From: Polyangiales bacterium
Lineage (GTDB): Bacteria; Myxococcota_A; Polyangia; Polyangiales; Polyangiaceae
DNA length: 64,000 nucleotides
Assembly (NCBI GenBank): GCA_038231275.1
Contig: JBBRLQ010000028.1
Coordinates: forward strand, 44,155-108,154
Reading direction: 5' to 3'
In this document: positions 38,754-49,408 of the stretch, in pieces
Numbering within the stretch: position 1 is the stretch's first letter
Layout of the letters: every line of letters starts with the position of its first letter
Notes under the pieces: model-generated
Seen by the model: the letters and a program-made list of their open reading frames with translations, nothing else
The model's database searches: none
What the model was told of the DNA's origin: nothing
Program-made: the position numbers and the translations under genes

Positions 38754-40097
38754 TTACCGCGGCGGCGGCGGGGGAGGCAATTGGCCGACGCAGACGCCGA
38801 CTTCCAGGAGGACGTAGAGGAGCGCCTTCTCTTGCGCGAGGAGGCCTGACGCGCTGTCGCCCTCGCAGTGGTAGCTGCTGAAGAGGACGCGGCCGCACTT
38901 CTGCTCGAAGCTGACGGTGGCGGGGAGGATTTGTCCGCCGATGTCGGAGGTCATCCAGACCTTGGGCGTGATCGTGACCGGCTTGCCGTCGGGATCGACG
39001 CCGGGCTGCGCGTGGACGCTGGCGATGCGCGACCAGCTCGCCTTGAGCTCGATGTCGTTCTCGCCGATCGCCTTCATCCAGCTGGAGAGGCCCGGGTCTT
39101 CGGCTTTGCCCGGCGTGTCTTCGGCACCCGCGCGGCATGCGGTGCCGAGGCCGTCCGACGTCTTGGTCAGCGGGTTCATCACGTAGTCGTACCAAGTGAT
39201 AAACCCCGGCCACGTCTGGCGAACGGCCTCGTAGGAGTAGTCGGTGACGTAGAGCTTGCCGCCGCTCTGCACGTAGGTGTCGAGCGCCTTCTTCTCGCCG
39301 TCGGTCGGCGTGCCGCACACGTTGCCTTGATCGGTCTGCTGGTAGCCCATCGCTGCGCAGGGCATGAGCGTGATGTGGTAGCCGGCGAGCTCGGCGGCGC
39401 TCTGCATGAGATCCATTCCGCTCTTTCCGGTCTTGATGCCGGGCCCGCTGCTCGGAAGCGGAGGAGGAGGATCGCCGTAGCGGTAGAAGTCCTGGATGCC
39501 GAGCTTGTTCATCGAGACTTCGATGTGATCGAAGCCGCCGAGGACCAGCGCGATCTTGGGGATCGTGTCGCCGGCGGGCGCGTCGGTCTTGCCGGGCAAT
39601 CGCGTGAAGGTCGCCTGCACGGGCTGATCGCCGGTCGTGACGTCGAGCTGTCTGACGCGCCGGAACTGCCCTTTTTGAACGACGAGGTACTGCTTGCCGG
39701 TCGTGTACGCGCCGAGATCGAACGTGCCGTCCGCCTTCGAATACGCGTACGGCTGGAGCGCCGTGAGGTGGACGCACGTGTCGCAATACGCGCCCGGGGG
39801 GATCGTCTCGGGCGGATCGTTCGTGAGGTAGACGAGCGCACTACTGATCGGGATCGTGCCCTCGGGGGCGACGACCTTGCCGTGGAGCCAGCCCACTGCG
39901 TTCGGGCGCGGCGTCGCGCTGGCGTCGTGCGACGTGTCGAACGTGCCGCCCTCGCCGCCGCTGCTCCCGCTGCTGCCCGGCCCGCCGCTTCCGGTGGCGT
40001 TCGGATCGAACCCCTTCTTCGACGACCCGCACGCGACGAGCGACGCAGCGGTGAGGAGTCCGAGCGCGGCCATCGACACGATCACGTTTCTCAGCAT
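38754..40097 (-). CDS. Lipoprotein with carboxypeptidase-regulatory-like beta-sandwich and C-terminal alpha/beta domain
   Basis: Lipobox LVAC; GKVVAPEGTIPISSALVY; ADGTFDL; QKGQFRR; GRVLFSSYH. Confidence 0.75.
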   Translation of the reverse strand: MLRNVIVSMAALGLLTAASLVACGSSKKGFDPNATGSGGPGSSGSSGGEGGTFDTSHDASATPRPNAVGWLHGKVVAPEGTIPISSALVYLTNDPPETIPPGAYCDTCVHLTALQPYAYSKADGTFDLGAYTTGKQYLVVQKGQFRRVRQLDVTTGDQPVQATFTRLPGKTDAPAGDTIPKIALVLGGFDHIEVSMNKLGIQDFYRYGDPPPPLPSSGPGIKTGKSGMDLMQSAAELAGYHITLMPCAAMGYQQTDQGNVCGTPTDGEKKALDTYVQSGGKLYVTDYSYEAVRQTWPGFITWYDYVMNPLTKTSDGLGTACRAGAEDTPGKAEDPGLSSWMKAIGENDIELKASWSRIASVHAQPGVDPDGKPVTITPKVWMTSDIGGQILPATVSFEQKCGRVLFSSYHCEGDSASGLLAQEKALLYVLLEVGVCVGQLPPPPPPR

Positions 40098-40228
40098 GGG
40101 CCCCGATATGCACCCCGGATCTCGTGCGCGCCAAGCCCGTCCGTCACGCGCGACGTGCGAGAGACGAGGTGTCGCGCGAGGGAGACACGCGCGTCCGCTC
40201 TCGACGGATGCAATCCACTCGCGACGGA

Positions 40229-40249
40229 CGGAATCGGAATCGGAGTCGG
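40229..40249. repeat. Short hexamer repeat (CGGART)n after the HDAC stop
   Basis: CGGAAT CGGAAT CGGAGT CGG. Confidence 0.5.
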
Positions 40250-41290
40250 TTACCCGAGCTTGTGTCCGGCCTTCGCCGCCCACCGTGCGGCCTTGGCGAG
40301 ATCGGGCGCGTCGACGTCGCGCGGGATGTCCTCTGCGTCGCCGAGCACGAGGCCGCGCAGCGCGGAGCCGAGGCCCGACTCGAGCGACGGCAGATCGTAG
40401 CCGCCCTCGAGCACGAGCAGCGCGCGCCCTTTCGCGTGCTTGTCGGCAATCGCGCCGAGCGCGCGCGCCATCCATCCGAACGCGTCGTCGCTCACGTCCA
40501 TCTGCGCGAGCGGATCGCGCTCCGCCGGATCGAAGCCCGCGCTGATCAGCACGAGCTCCGGCGCGAACTCGTCGAGCACCGGCAGGAGCACTCGCTCGAA
40601 CGCGCCGCGGTAAATCGCGTCGCCGCCTCCGGCCGACAGCGGCACGTTCACCGTCGCGCCGCGCCCGTCGCCTTCGCCGATCTCGTTCACCGCGCCGCTG
40701 CCCGGATAGAACGGGTACTGGTGCGTCGACGCGTAGAGGACGGCCGGGTCGGAGTAGAACATCTCCTGCGTCCCGTTGCCGTGATGGACGTCCCAGTCGA
40801 TCACGGCGACCCGTGAGATGCCGCGTGCGCGCGCGTGGGCGGCGGCGATCGCGACGTTGTTGAGCAGACAGAACCCCATAGCCTGTCCCGGACGCGCGTG
40901 GTGCCCGGGTGGTCGCACCAGCGCGAGCCCTCTCGTCGCGCGCCCCTCGAGGAGCGCGTCGACGAGCGAGATGACGCCGCCGGCCGCGAGCCGCGCCGCC
41001 GCCACGCTCCCGGGGACGACGTACGTGTCCGGGTCGAGGTAGGACTCCTGACCCCGCAGCGCCTCGAGCTGCGTCGTGTACGCCGCGTCGTGCACCCGCG
41101 CGATCTCGTCGGCCGTCGCCTCGCGCGCTGGGACCCGCTGCCACGCCACCTTTGGCTCGAGCGCCGCCGCCGCCGCGCGCGCCGCCACGAGCCGCTCCGG
41201 CCGCTCCGGGTGGTACGCGACCGGCGCGTGAAGATCGAAACGCGCGTCATCCAAGAGGAGCGCGGCGCTTTTCTCGTGCGGTTCGGGCAT
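40250..41290 (-). CDS. Histone deacetylase family amidohydrolase
   Basis: HPERPER, RPPGHHA, GFCLLNN, DWDVHHGNGTQ, SAGFD, LEGGY. Confidence 0.95.
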   Translation of the reverse strand: MPEPHEKSAALLLDDARFDLHAPVAYHPERPERLVAARAAAAALEPKVAWQRVPAREATADEIARVHDAAYTTQLEALRGQESYLDPDTYVVPGSVAAARLAAGGVISLVDALLEGRATRGLALVRPPGHHARPGQAMGFCLLNNVAIAAAHARARGISRVAVIDWDVHHGNGTQEMFYSDPAVLYASTHQYPFYPGSGAVNEIGEGDGRGATVNVPLSAGGGDAIYRGAFERVLLPVLDEFAPELVLISAGFDPAERDPLAQMDVSDDAFGWMARALGAIADKHAKGRALLVLEGGYDLPSLESGLGSALRGLVLGDAEDIPRDVDAPDLAKAARWAAKAGHKLG

Positions 41291-41499
41291 GTCGAGGAAA
41301 TTCAGACCAAAAAAACCAGAAGAAAGGCCAAAAAATGGCGCGGCGCGAAAATGAACGGACCCCGGCGAAGGGTTGCCGCATGGCGAGCACGGATGATAGC
41401 GTCTTTGCCGATCCGTGGCGTGGCTCCAAAGAGCGCGAACACGGAGCCCGTGCAAGTGGGCACCGTGCCTGCTTGCCACCGCTGGGGAGGCGGGGAGCC

Positions 41500-42924
41500 G
41501 TGCGAAATAAGATCATCGCCGTCAACGCCGTCATCGTCATCATCCTCGGGCTGCTCTCTTTCGTCATCGTGAAGAGCACGCTGGCTGCGTCCGCGGGCAA
41601 CCCCGCGCAGCTGAGCGCCCTCGCGAAGCACGACGCCCAGGGGGCCGCCGCGCGGTTCCAGCTGGACGGCCTCCGCGTCGAACGCTTCTTGGCCGGCAAG
41701 GCGAACGAAGCGGCCACGCTCGACGCCATCAACAAGAGCACCCCCAACGCCCGCGGCGAAGCGGCGACGGCGCTCTGCGACCAGATCATGAGCGTCGCGA
41801 AGGGCCAGTTCGAAGGCGCCGTCCCGTCCCTCGTCACGCTCGTCGACGCGAACGGCAAGATCGTCGGCCGAAACGGCTCCACGATGGGCCGCGGCGAAGA
41901 TCTCGCGGCGGCGTATCCGGGCCTCAAGGACGCCCTCTCCAAGAGCAAGAGCGGCAGCGACGTCTGGTCGAACAAAGACCGCAACGATCAGTACCTCGCC
42001 TCGTACGTCCCCATCGTGGACGGCGGGCAGGTCAAGGGCGCGCTCATCATGGGCACCACCTTGAACGACGAGCTCGCCCGCGTGAGCGACGCGACCACGG
42101 GCCGCCCGCTCGTCCTCGTCGTCTCCGTGAAGGACGATCTCGTCATCGCCGCGCACTCCGCGAACGCCGAGCCGCTCACCGACGCGGTCACCAAGATCAA
42201 GGGCGACATCAAGGGCGCGATCACGAGCGGCCACACCGCCGCTGCATCGAGCGACGGCCTGCCTCTCGGTGCCGCGCCCCTCGAGTCGCTCGGCGACGGC
42301 AAGCGCGGCGCGATCCTCGCTGCAGCGCCGACCTCGCTCATCCCCGACGCAGGCGCGATCGCCTACCCGATCCTCGGCGTGATGGGACTCGGTCTCGTCC
42401 TCGTCATCATCGGCGGCTGGCTCCTCGGCAACTACATCCAGGGCCCGATCGCGACGCTCGAAGAGGGCCTCCTCACGATCTTGAACGGCCAGACCGACAA
42501 GCGCTTCGAGCTCGATCACGCGGAGCTCGGCGGCCTCGCGTTCCGCATCGATCAGCTCCTGAACCAGCTCATGGGCATCGAGGAGGACACGACCGACGAC
42601 GACGGCCGTCCCTCCACCGCGCCCACCGCGGCGAACTTCGCGGCCGCGATGGGCGTCGATCGCAGCGGCGGTGACGTCGATCCCGCGGCGGTCCAGGCGC
42701 TCGCCAGCGAGCCCGCGCAGGCTTACTACGGCCGCATCTACCGCGAGTACATCTCGGCGAAGCAGGCCATCGGCGAGGCGACCGACCACATCACCGAGCA
42801 GGCCTTCCACCAGAAGATCCAGGGCATGGAGAACGAGGCGAGCGCCAAGTTCGGCAAGCCCGTGCGCTACAAGGTTCAGCCCCAGGGGAAGGAAGTCGTC
42901 CTCCTGGCGATTCCACTCGGGTGA
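41500..42924 (+). CDS. Membrane protein with Cache-like periplasmic domain, HAMP-like region and MXAN_5187-like C-terminal domain
   Basis: Two TMs flank a periplasmic region; C-terminal IYREYISAKQAIGE..ITEQAF..K..VRYKV pattern. Family name recalled, not searched. Confidence 0.65.
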   Translation: MRNKIIAVNAVIVIILGLLSFVIVKSTLAASAGNPAQLSALAKHDAQGAAARFQLDGLRVERFLAGKANEAATLDAINKSTPNARGEAATALCDQIMSVAKGQFEGAVPSLVTLVDANGKIVGRNGSTMGRGEDLAAAYPGLKDALSKSKSGSDVWSNKDRNDQYLASYVPIVDGGQVKGALIMGTTLNDELARVSDATTGRPLVLVVSVKDDLVIAAHSANAEPLTDAVTKIKGDIKGAITSGHTAAASSDGLPLGAAPLESLGDGKRGAILAAAPTSLIPDAGAIAYPILGVMGLGLVLVIIGGWLLGNYIQGPIATLEEGLLTILNGQTDKRFELDHAELGGLAFRIDQLLNQLMGIEEDTTDDDGRPSTAPTAANFAAAMGVDRSGGDVDPAAVQALASEPAQAYYGRIYREYISAKQAIGEATDHITEQAFHQKIQGMENEASAKFGKPVRYKVQPQGKEVVLLAIPLG

Positions 42925-43004
42925 AGACGCGCGGGCGCTCGGTCCACGAGGACTAGCGCCCCGCCGCCGAGTGGTTAGAAGGTTGGGACCGATTGGAGCG
43001 ACGC

Positions 43005-43763
43005 ATGGGTTTGTTCGACTTGTTCAGAGGTAAGGGGGACAAGAAGACCGAAGGGGCCGAAAAACGCGGGAAATCGAACCCCGCCGACAAATGGGCCCAG
43101 GCCGCGGGGGACAAGCGCGCCCAGAACTACGATCGCCAAGAGGCCATCCAGGCCTTGGCCGACATGAAATCGCCGGAGGCGGCCGCCGCGCTCCTGAAGC
43201 GCTTCACGTTCAACCTCGATCCTTCGATCACCGATCAAGAGGAGAAGGACGTCGCCTTCCACGGCATCCTCGCGGCGGGGCAGGACGCCATCGCTCCGAT
43301 TCGCACGTTCGCGGCCAAGGCCGACAGCGTCGCCATGGCGATGAAGCTCATGAAGGAGCTCCTCGAAGAAGAGGCGTTCGTCGACGAGCTCATCTTGTGG
43401 CTCGAGCGCTGGGACACCGAATACTCCAAGTTCATCGATCCGAAGATCCAGCTTCTGGTGGCGCTCGGCGATCACAAGAGCCCCAAGATCCGCGAGGCGG
43501 TGGAGCCGTTCCTCACCGACGTGAACGAGACCGCCCGATACCACGCGGTGGTCACGACGCTGTCGCAGGAGGACGGTGCGTGCCTCGAGGCGCTCCTCAC
43601 GACCCTCGCAGACGAAGAGAGCTTCCGGGTGAAGAACAAGATCTGCGACGGGATCGCCCTGCGCGGGTGGCTCGTGCCCGCCGACGAGAGGGATCGCGTT
43701 CGGAAGTCGCTGCCGCCGGATTACGTCATCGACGCGAATGGGAAGCTCACGTCGCGGGCGTGA
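43005..43763 (+). CDS. HEAT-repeat protein
   Basis: MGLFDLF start; helical repeats RQEAIQAL, DVNETARYHAV, EESFRVK. Confidence 0.75.
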   Translation: MGLFDLFRGKGDKKTEGAEKRGKSNPADKWAQAAGDKRAQNYDRQEAIQALADMKSPEAAAALLKRFTFNLDPSITDQEEKDVAFHGILAAGQDAIAPIRTFAAKADSVAMAMKLMKELLEEEAFVDELILWLERWDTEYSKFIDPKIQLLVALGDHKSPKIREAVEPFLTDVNETARYHAVVTTLSQEDGACLEALLTTLADEESFRVKNKICDGIALRGWLVPADERDRVRKSLPPDYVIDANGKLTSRA

Positions 43764-43862
43764 GCGTGGAGCGCGCGCTTCCTCACGCACGCGAGCACGG
43801 CGGCCAGTCCGATCACGTGGCGCCTCCGCCGGCGTGCCCGCCCGAGCGGACCGAAGAACTGA

Positions 43863-44687
43863 TCAGTTGCTGACTTGCGGCTTCGGGAAGGAGAAGCCGA
43901 CCGACAGCGAGATCATCTGGTTGAACTTGAACGTTCGATCGTTGCTGTCGATCTTGCGATCGGGGAACTTGCCATTGTTGCCGCCGCCCTGCTGATCGAA
44001 ACCGGCGCGGTTCCACGAGAACGGAAGCGCCCGGTACTCGACGCCGATCGAAACGAGATCGCCCGTGTAGAAGTTCAGCCCGAGGCCGAACGTCGGCGCG
44101 ATCGCGGTACGGGACGCGAGCGCGAAGGACGCCGGGTCCGAGCACTTGCCGTCTCCGCAATCCCCGCGCTCCTGAAGGCCGATGAACGCAAGGCCGGCGT
44201 GCAGGTACAGGTCGGTGTCGAGGAACACCTTCTGGAAGATGGCGAGCTTGCCGCGAAACGGGGCGAACTGCAGCTGCGGCGCCGCGACCCATTGCATTTT
44301 TGCCGTCTGATCAGGGAACGACTTGCCCACGTTCGTCGCCGTTCGCGAGTTGCGCGGCGCGGTCTGATCGATTTGATCGGTCAGGTCGGTCGTCGTGTTG
44401 ATGACGCCGTACGCGCCCCACACGCCGACGCTGATCCAGTCCTTGATGTTGTACTGCAGGCGCGCGCCCGTGAGGATCGTGCGGCGGTACTCGTCGAGGA
44501 GCGAGAAGGAGAGCGACGGCGCGACCTCGAAGCGGCCTTCGCGGTACTGACGGAGCTTGCGCACGGCGGGGGCGCCGGCGAGCGGTCCGGTCAGCTGGAT
44601 TTCTTGTGCCTGCGCGGGCGCCGCGGTGAAGACGCCACCCAACGCCACGGCGACGCCGACGAGTACCGATGTTGCGAGCCTTCGCAT
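43863..44687 (-). CDS. Outer-membrane beta-barrel protein (myxobacterial GltA/GltB-like)
   Basis: GGAGG-like RBS region; signal peptide AQA; GRFEVAP.SFSLLDEY; PFRGKLAIF; terminal SVGFSFP. Confidence 0.75.
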   Translation of the reverse strand: MRRLATSVLVGVAVALGGVFTAAPAQAQEIQLTGPLAGAPAVRKLRQYREGRFEVAPSLSFSLLDEYRRTILTGARLQYNIKDWISVGVWGAYGVINTTTDLTDQIDQTAPRNSRTATNVGKSFPDQTAKMQWVAAPQLQFAPFRGKLAIFQKVFLDTDLYLHAGLAFIGLQERGDCGDGKCSDPASFALASRTAIAPTFGLGLNFYTGDLVSIGVEYRALPFSWNRAGFDQQGGGNNGKFPDRKIDSNDRTFKFNQMISLSVGFSFPKPQVSN

Positions 44688-44737
44688 CGTGGAGGTCCTC
44701 TTGTCTTGACCGCACTTCAGCGGCTGAAGATGCGCCG

Positions 44738-45730
44738 TCATTTGGGCAACCGGTACTCCCAGCTGAACGGCAAGAAGATGCTGACGCCGAGCTGAGCTTG
44801 AATGTCGTTGGTGATGCGGTGCTCGCCGTACCAAGTGCCCTCGTCCTGCTGCTGCTGCTGCGTCGGGGCGACGGTCAGGTTCTCGAGGTGCTCGTTGTAG
44901 ATGTAGTCGCGGACCTCGAGGTTCACGGCGAGCCAGCGCGTGATGAAGATACGCAAGCCCACGCCGACGTTGAAGTCGAGGAACGGCTTGTACTTGAACG
45001 CGCGGTTGTCGGGATCGATGACCGGGATCGGGCGCGAGAAGAGCGCGCCGAGACCGCCGGTGAGGTACGCGTCGTACTGGAAGATGAACTCGCCGAAGCC
45101 GGCGAACTTTCCGTACACGGGGACGTACGTGAAGTTCAGGTTGCCGGTGAGCAGGTACTCGTTGATCGGCACGCCGATGCGCGCCGCGCGGCGGTTCTGG
45201 AAGTTGAAGTCGCTGTCGACGTTGAGGCCGCCGTAGTAGGTGCCGTTGACGCCGATCGCGAGGACGTTGGAGATGTAGTAGTTCGCCGCGAGGCCCGGGC
45301 CCGGGTGGCTGACGAACTGATCGTTCAAGCTGAACGACCAGTACGGCGACAGCTCGATGCGGTGGTAGCGCAGCGCGTAGATCTGGGGGACCGCGTAGAT
45401 CTCGGCGTTCAGCTTCTTGCCGGCTGCGGCCTTGATGTCCTCCTGCTTTGGGCAGGCGGAGGGATCGATCTCGCAGATGCCTCCCGTCGGAGCGCCTGTC
45501 GAGCCTGGGACGTCGGTCCCGCCTGGCGTCGCGCCCGGCGTCCCGGCCGGCGGATTCGCCGGGGGTTCGTCGAGCTCGATTTCCTGCGCGCCTCCCGCAG
45601 GGGCCGCGGGTGCAACCGGCGGCGGCGGCGGTTTGCCCCCGCCCTTGGGCTTCTTCGGTTGCGCGAACGCAACCGCAGGCAGCAACAGACACGCTGCTGT
45701 CATAGAGAGCCACCTTCGAGCCTGCTTCAT
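44738..45730 (-). CDS. Outer-membrane beta-barrel protein with Pro-rich N-terminus (GltA/GltB-like paralog)
   Basis: Signal peptide AFA; RIELSP.SFSLNDQF; PVYGKFA; LEVRDYIY; GVSIFLP. Confidence 0.75.
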   Translation of the reverse strand: MKQARRWLSMTAACLLLPAVAFAQPKKPKGGGKPPPPPVAPAAPAGGAQEIELDEPPANPPAGTPGATPGGTDVPGSTGAPTGGICEIDPSACPKQEDIKAAAGKKLNAEIYAVPQIYALRYHRIELSPYWSFSLNDQFVSHPGPGLAANYYISNVLAIGVNGTYYGGLNVDSDFNFQNRRAARIGVPINEYLLTGNLNFTYVPVYGKFAGFGEFIFQYDAYLTGGLGALFSRPIPVIDPDNRAFKYKPFLDFNVGVGLRIFITRWLAVNLEVRDYIYNEHLENLTVAPTQQQQQDEGTWYGEHRITNDIQAQLGVSIFLPFSWEYRLPK

Positions 45731-46027
45731 CGCAACCCCTTCTGGCACACCGTCATGTGAGCACTTCTGGAGCAAGAGCCGGCCGGCCTTCCAAATGAGT
45801 CGGTCGAGGTTTCGTCGCGTCCGGTCGCTCGTGCGATCGGGTCGCGCCGGGAAGGTCGGGTACTGCGGGGTACTACGCGGGTAACTACAAACCCCAGGAA
45901 CAATTGGGAAATCAGGCTATCGACGCAAGCGCGCGCGACTATATCACGCACGCAATTTCCCAATCAATTCCTTTCGAAAGCACGCATTTTGCCGTCGGGC
46001 ATCGTGCGGCATGAGCGCGGGAGCCGC

Positions 46028-47257
<1,230 letters not shown>

Positions 47258-47336
47258 TCCCGCTTTTGCTCCGGCCCCGCGCACTTAGGCGGCGTGCGAC
47301 TATAGGAAGTGCGTAGACCCTGCGTCAATGACCGCA

Positions 47337-47375
47337 ATCAAGACGCATCAAGACGCATCAAGACGCATCAAGACG
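47337..47375. repeat. 10-bp tandem repeat ATCAAGACGC x about 4, containing the stop codon of the 47368-49290 gene
   Basis: Units start at 47337, 47347, 47357 and 47367. Confidence 0.9.
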
Positions 47376-49290
47376 GTCGGGGGACCTTCGGAGGGGCTTT
47401 TTCGAGGGGGAGGGTGCTCCGCGGGTCGAACCCGGTCGCGCCGAGGCCGCGGACGGTGGCGCCGCTGCCGGGCGCCTCGCTGGGTCGGGGGCTGCTGGGA
47501 GGCTCCTCTTCTGGAGGGACGTCGCGCACCGTGAGCCCTGGATCGCCGTGCGGGGGGACACCGACGGGCGCGAGCCGATCGACCTCGGCCTCGACGCGCG
47601 CATCCACGTCGCCGCCGGCGTAGGCGGCCTTCTCGACCGCGTCGGCCCATTTCGCCATCGCGAAATCGTTGCCGGCGGCGCGCCGGACGTGGCCGGGGGT
47701 CGGCTCGGGGTGCGTGTCGTAAGGGCGGCCGCGGCGCTTCGCCCAGGCGACGAGGCGCTCGAGGAGGCGTCGCTTGCGGAGGACGAGCGCGATCTGGAGC
47801 TCCCCGCACGGAGGCAGCGGCTGGCGGAGCTCGGCGTGGAGCGGCCCGTCGACCACGAGCTCGTCGAAGCCCTCTCCGCCCCCTTCGGCGCGGAGCTCGA
47901 AGCGGCCCGCCTCGTTGACGAACGAGCTCGCCGTCACCTGGGCGCGCTCGAAGCCAGGCCGCTCGATGCGCACCCGCGCGCCGCGGATCGGCACGGCGTC
48001 GTGCGCGTCGATGACCCTTCCTGACCAGCCCGCGCGGCTATCGCGGGTCGGTCGGAGCACCTCGACGCGCGCCTCGCCGAGGATCGCCGCCTTGGGAGGC
48101 ATCGTGCTCTTCGGCGTGAGGGGCTTCGGTTTGATGCGCCCGAGCACGAGCCAGAGCACGACGGCCAGGCCCGCCACGACGAGCGGCGCCTGCCTCCACG
48201 GGCTCGGCCCTTTGACGCGCACGCGCACGATCGCGTCTTCCCCGGGGATGAGCCACGGCGCGCTCGGCAAGTAGCGAATGCGCACTTCGGCGTCGGTCTC
48301 TTCGCGCGGGCCCCCGAACGTCACGACGAGCGCCGCCTTTCCGTTCTCCAGCGGCGCCGCTCCGACGACCGCGTCACCGATTCGCGCCTCGACGCTCCCG
48401 GTCGGGGCGAGGCCGCCCTTGGTCGATGCGGCGATCGGGAGCGATATCCCCTCCTCGGGCGCGACCGGTATCCTCAGGTCGTCGGGCGCCTGGAGCACCA
48501 CCCGCGCCTGCCGTTCGATGGGTGCACTATGCACGCTCTTCGTCAAATCGACGTTTCCGTTGAAGGTCACACGCAGCTCGCCGCGCCCCGCCGGCCCCAA
48601 GCGCTCGCTCGCCACGTTGAGCTTCAGTACACCGGCGGAGTTGGTCGCGCCGGCGCCCAAGGGATCGCCTCTCTCGTTCGTCAAGAAGAGGGGCAGGGAC
48701 GCGCCGGCGTGGGTCGTCTGGTTCTCCTGGTACGACGCCAGGATCTGCACGGTGAGCTGCGCCTTGTCGAGCGAGACGACGCGCGGCTCCGGGTCGAAGC
48801 GCAGAGTGATCGACTGGCGACCTGTGTCGACGGGCAGATCCAGCTTGGCTCCTTCGAGCAGCGTCGTTCCACCCCACGCGATCGTCGCGACGTACTTGTC
48901 GCGTGGCACGGTGACGCGTACGCAGAACCGCCCGGCTTCGTCGGTGAGGAGGACGACCGGACCACCCGCGTTCTGCGGCCTTGGATCGTTCGCATCGTGG
49001 AAGCCGGCGGCGCAGCTCCGCGCGGTCTGTCCGTCCTCGGAGAACGACACGATCTGTCGTGGGTCGGCCTCTCGCGCCAGCGTCAGTGCGACGTTCTCGC
49101 CGGCCAGCGCCTGCCCTCCATCGTCGGCGAGCGCGCCGCTGAGGACGAGATCCCCCGCGTCGCGCGCCGCTTGTGCGTCGATGCGCGCGGAGCCGCGCAC
49201 GTGGATCCGCGGTCCTGCGGCGACGTCGGCCGCCACCGCGAGCGTCGCCGACATGGCGAGGACGGCGAGAAGGTGCGAGTGCGGGGCCAC
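47368..49290 (-). CDS. Secreted/membrane hypothetical protein with Ig-like beta-sandwiches, a TM and a cytoplasmic tail
   Basis: Signal peptide; TDEAGRF and TNSAG motifs; TM LVVAGLAVVLWLVLG; GRVIDAHDAVPIRGARV. Confidence 0.7.
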   Translation of the reverse strand: MAPHSHLLAVLAMSATLAVAADVAAGPRIHVRGSARIDAQAARDAGDLVLSGALADDGGQALAGENVALTLAREADPRQIVSFSEDGQTARSCAAGFHDANDPRPQNAGGPVVLLTDEAGRFCVRVTVPRDKYVATIAWGGTTLLEGAKLDLPVDTGRQSITLRFDPEPRVVSLDKAQLTVQILASYQENQTTHAGASLPLFLTNERGDPLGAGATNSAGVLKLNVASERLGPAGRGELRVTFNGNVDLTKSVHSAPIERQARVVLQAPDDLRIPVAPEEGISLPIAASTKGGLAPTGSVEARIGDAVVGAAPLENGKAALVVTFGGPREETDAEVRIRYLPSAPWLIPGEDAIVRVRVKGPSPWRQAPLVVAGLAVVLWLVLGRIKPKPLTPKSTMPPKAAILGEARVEVLRPTRDSRAGWSGRVIDAHDAVPIRGARVRIERPGFERAQVTASSFVNEAGRFELRAEGGGEGFDELVVDGPLHAELRQPLPPCGELQIALVLRKRRLLERLVAWAKRRGRPYDTHPEPTPGHVRRAAGNDFAMAKWADAVEKAAYAGGDVDARVEAEVDRLAPVGVPPHGDPGLTVRDVPPEEEPPSSPRPSEAPGSGATVRGLGATGFDPRSTLPLEKAPPKVPRPS

Positions 49291-49408
49291 GCGTCGAGTC
49301 TACTGGATGTGCGTACACGTGAGGAGCGCGAGGACTCGAGGCCCGATTGAAATCCGATCGAAGGGAGCCGTTCAAGAGGGTGGCGTGCGTGATAACTTGA
49401 AGAGGATC

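Noticed and set aside
43863..45713. 616-aa ORF appearing to fuse the two barrel genes
   Set aside because: The N-terminal part is a shadow frame of 44738-45730. The second gene has its own ATG (44687) and signal peptide.
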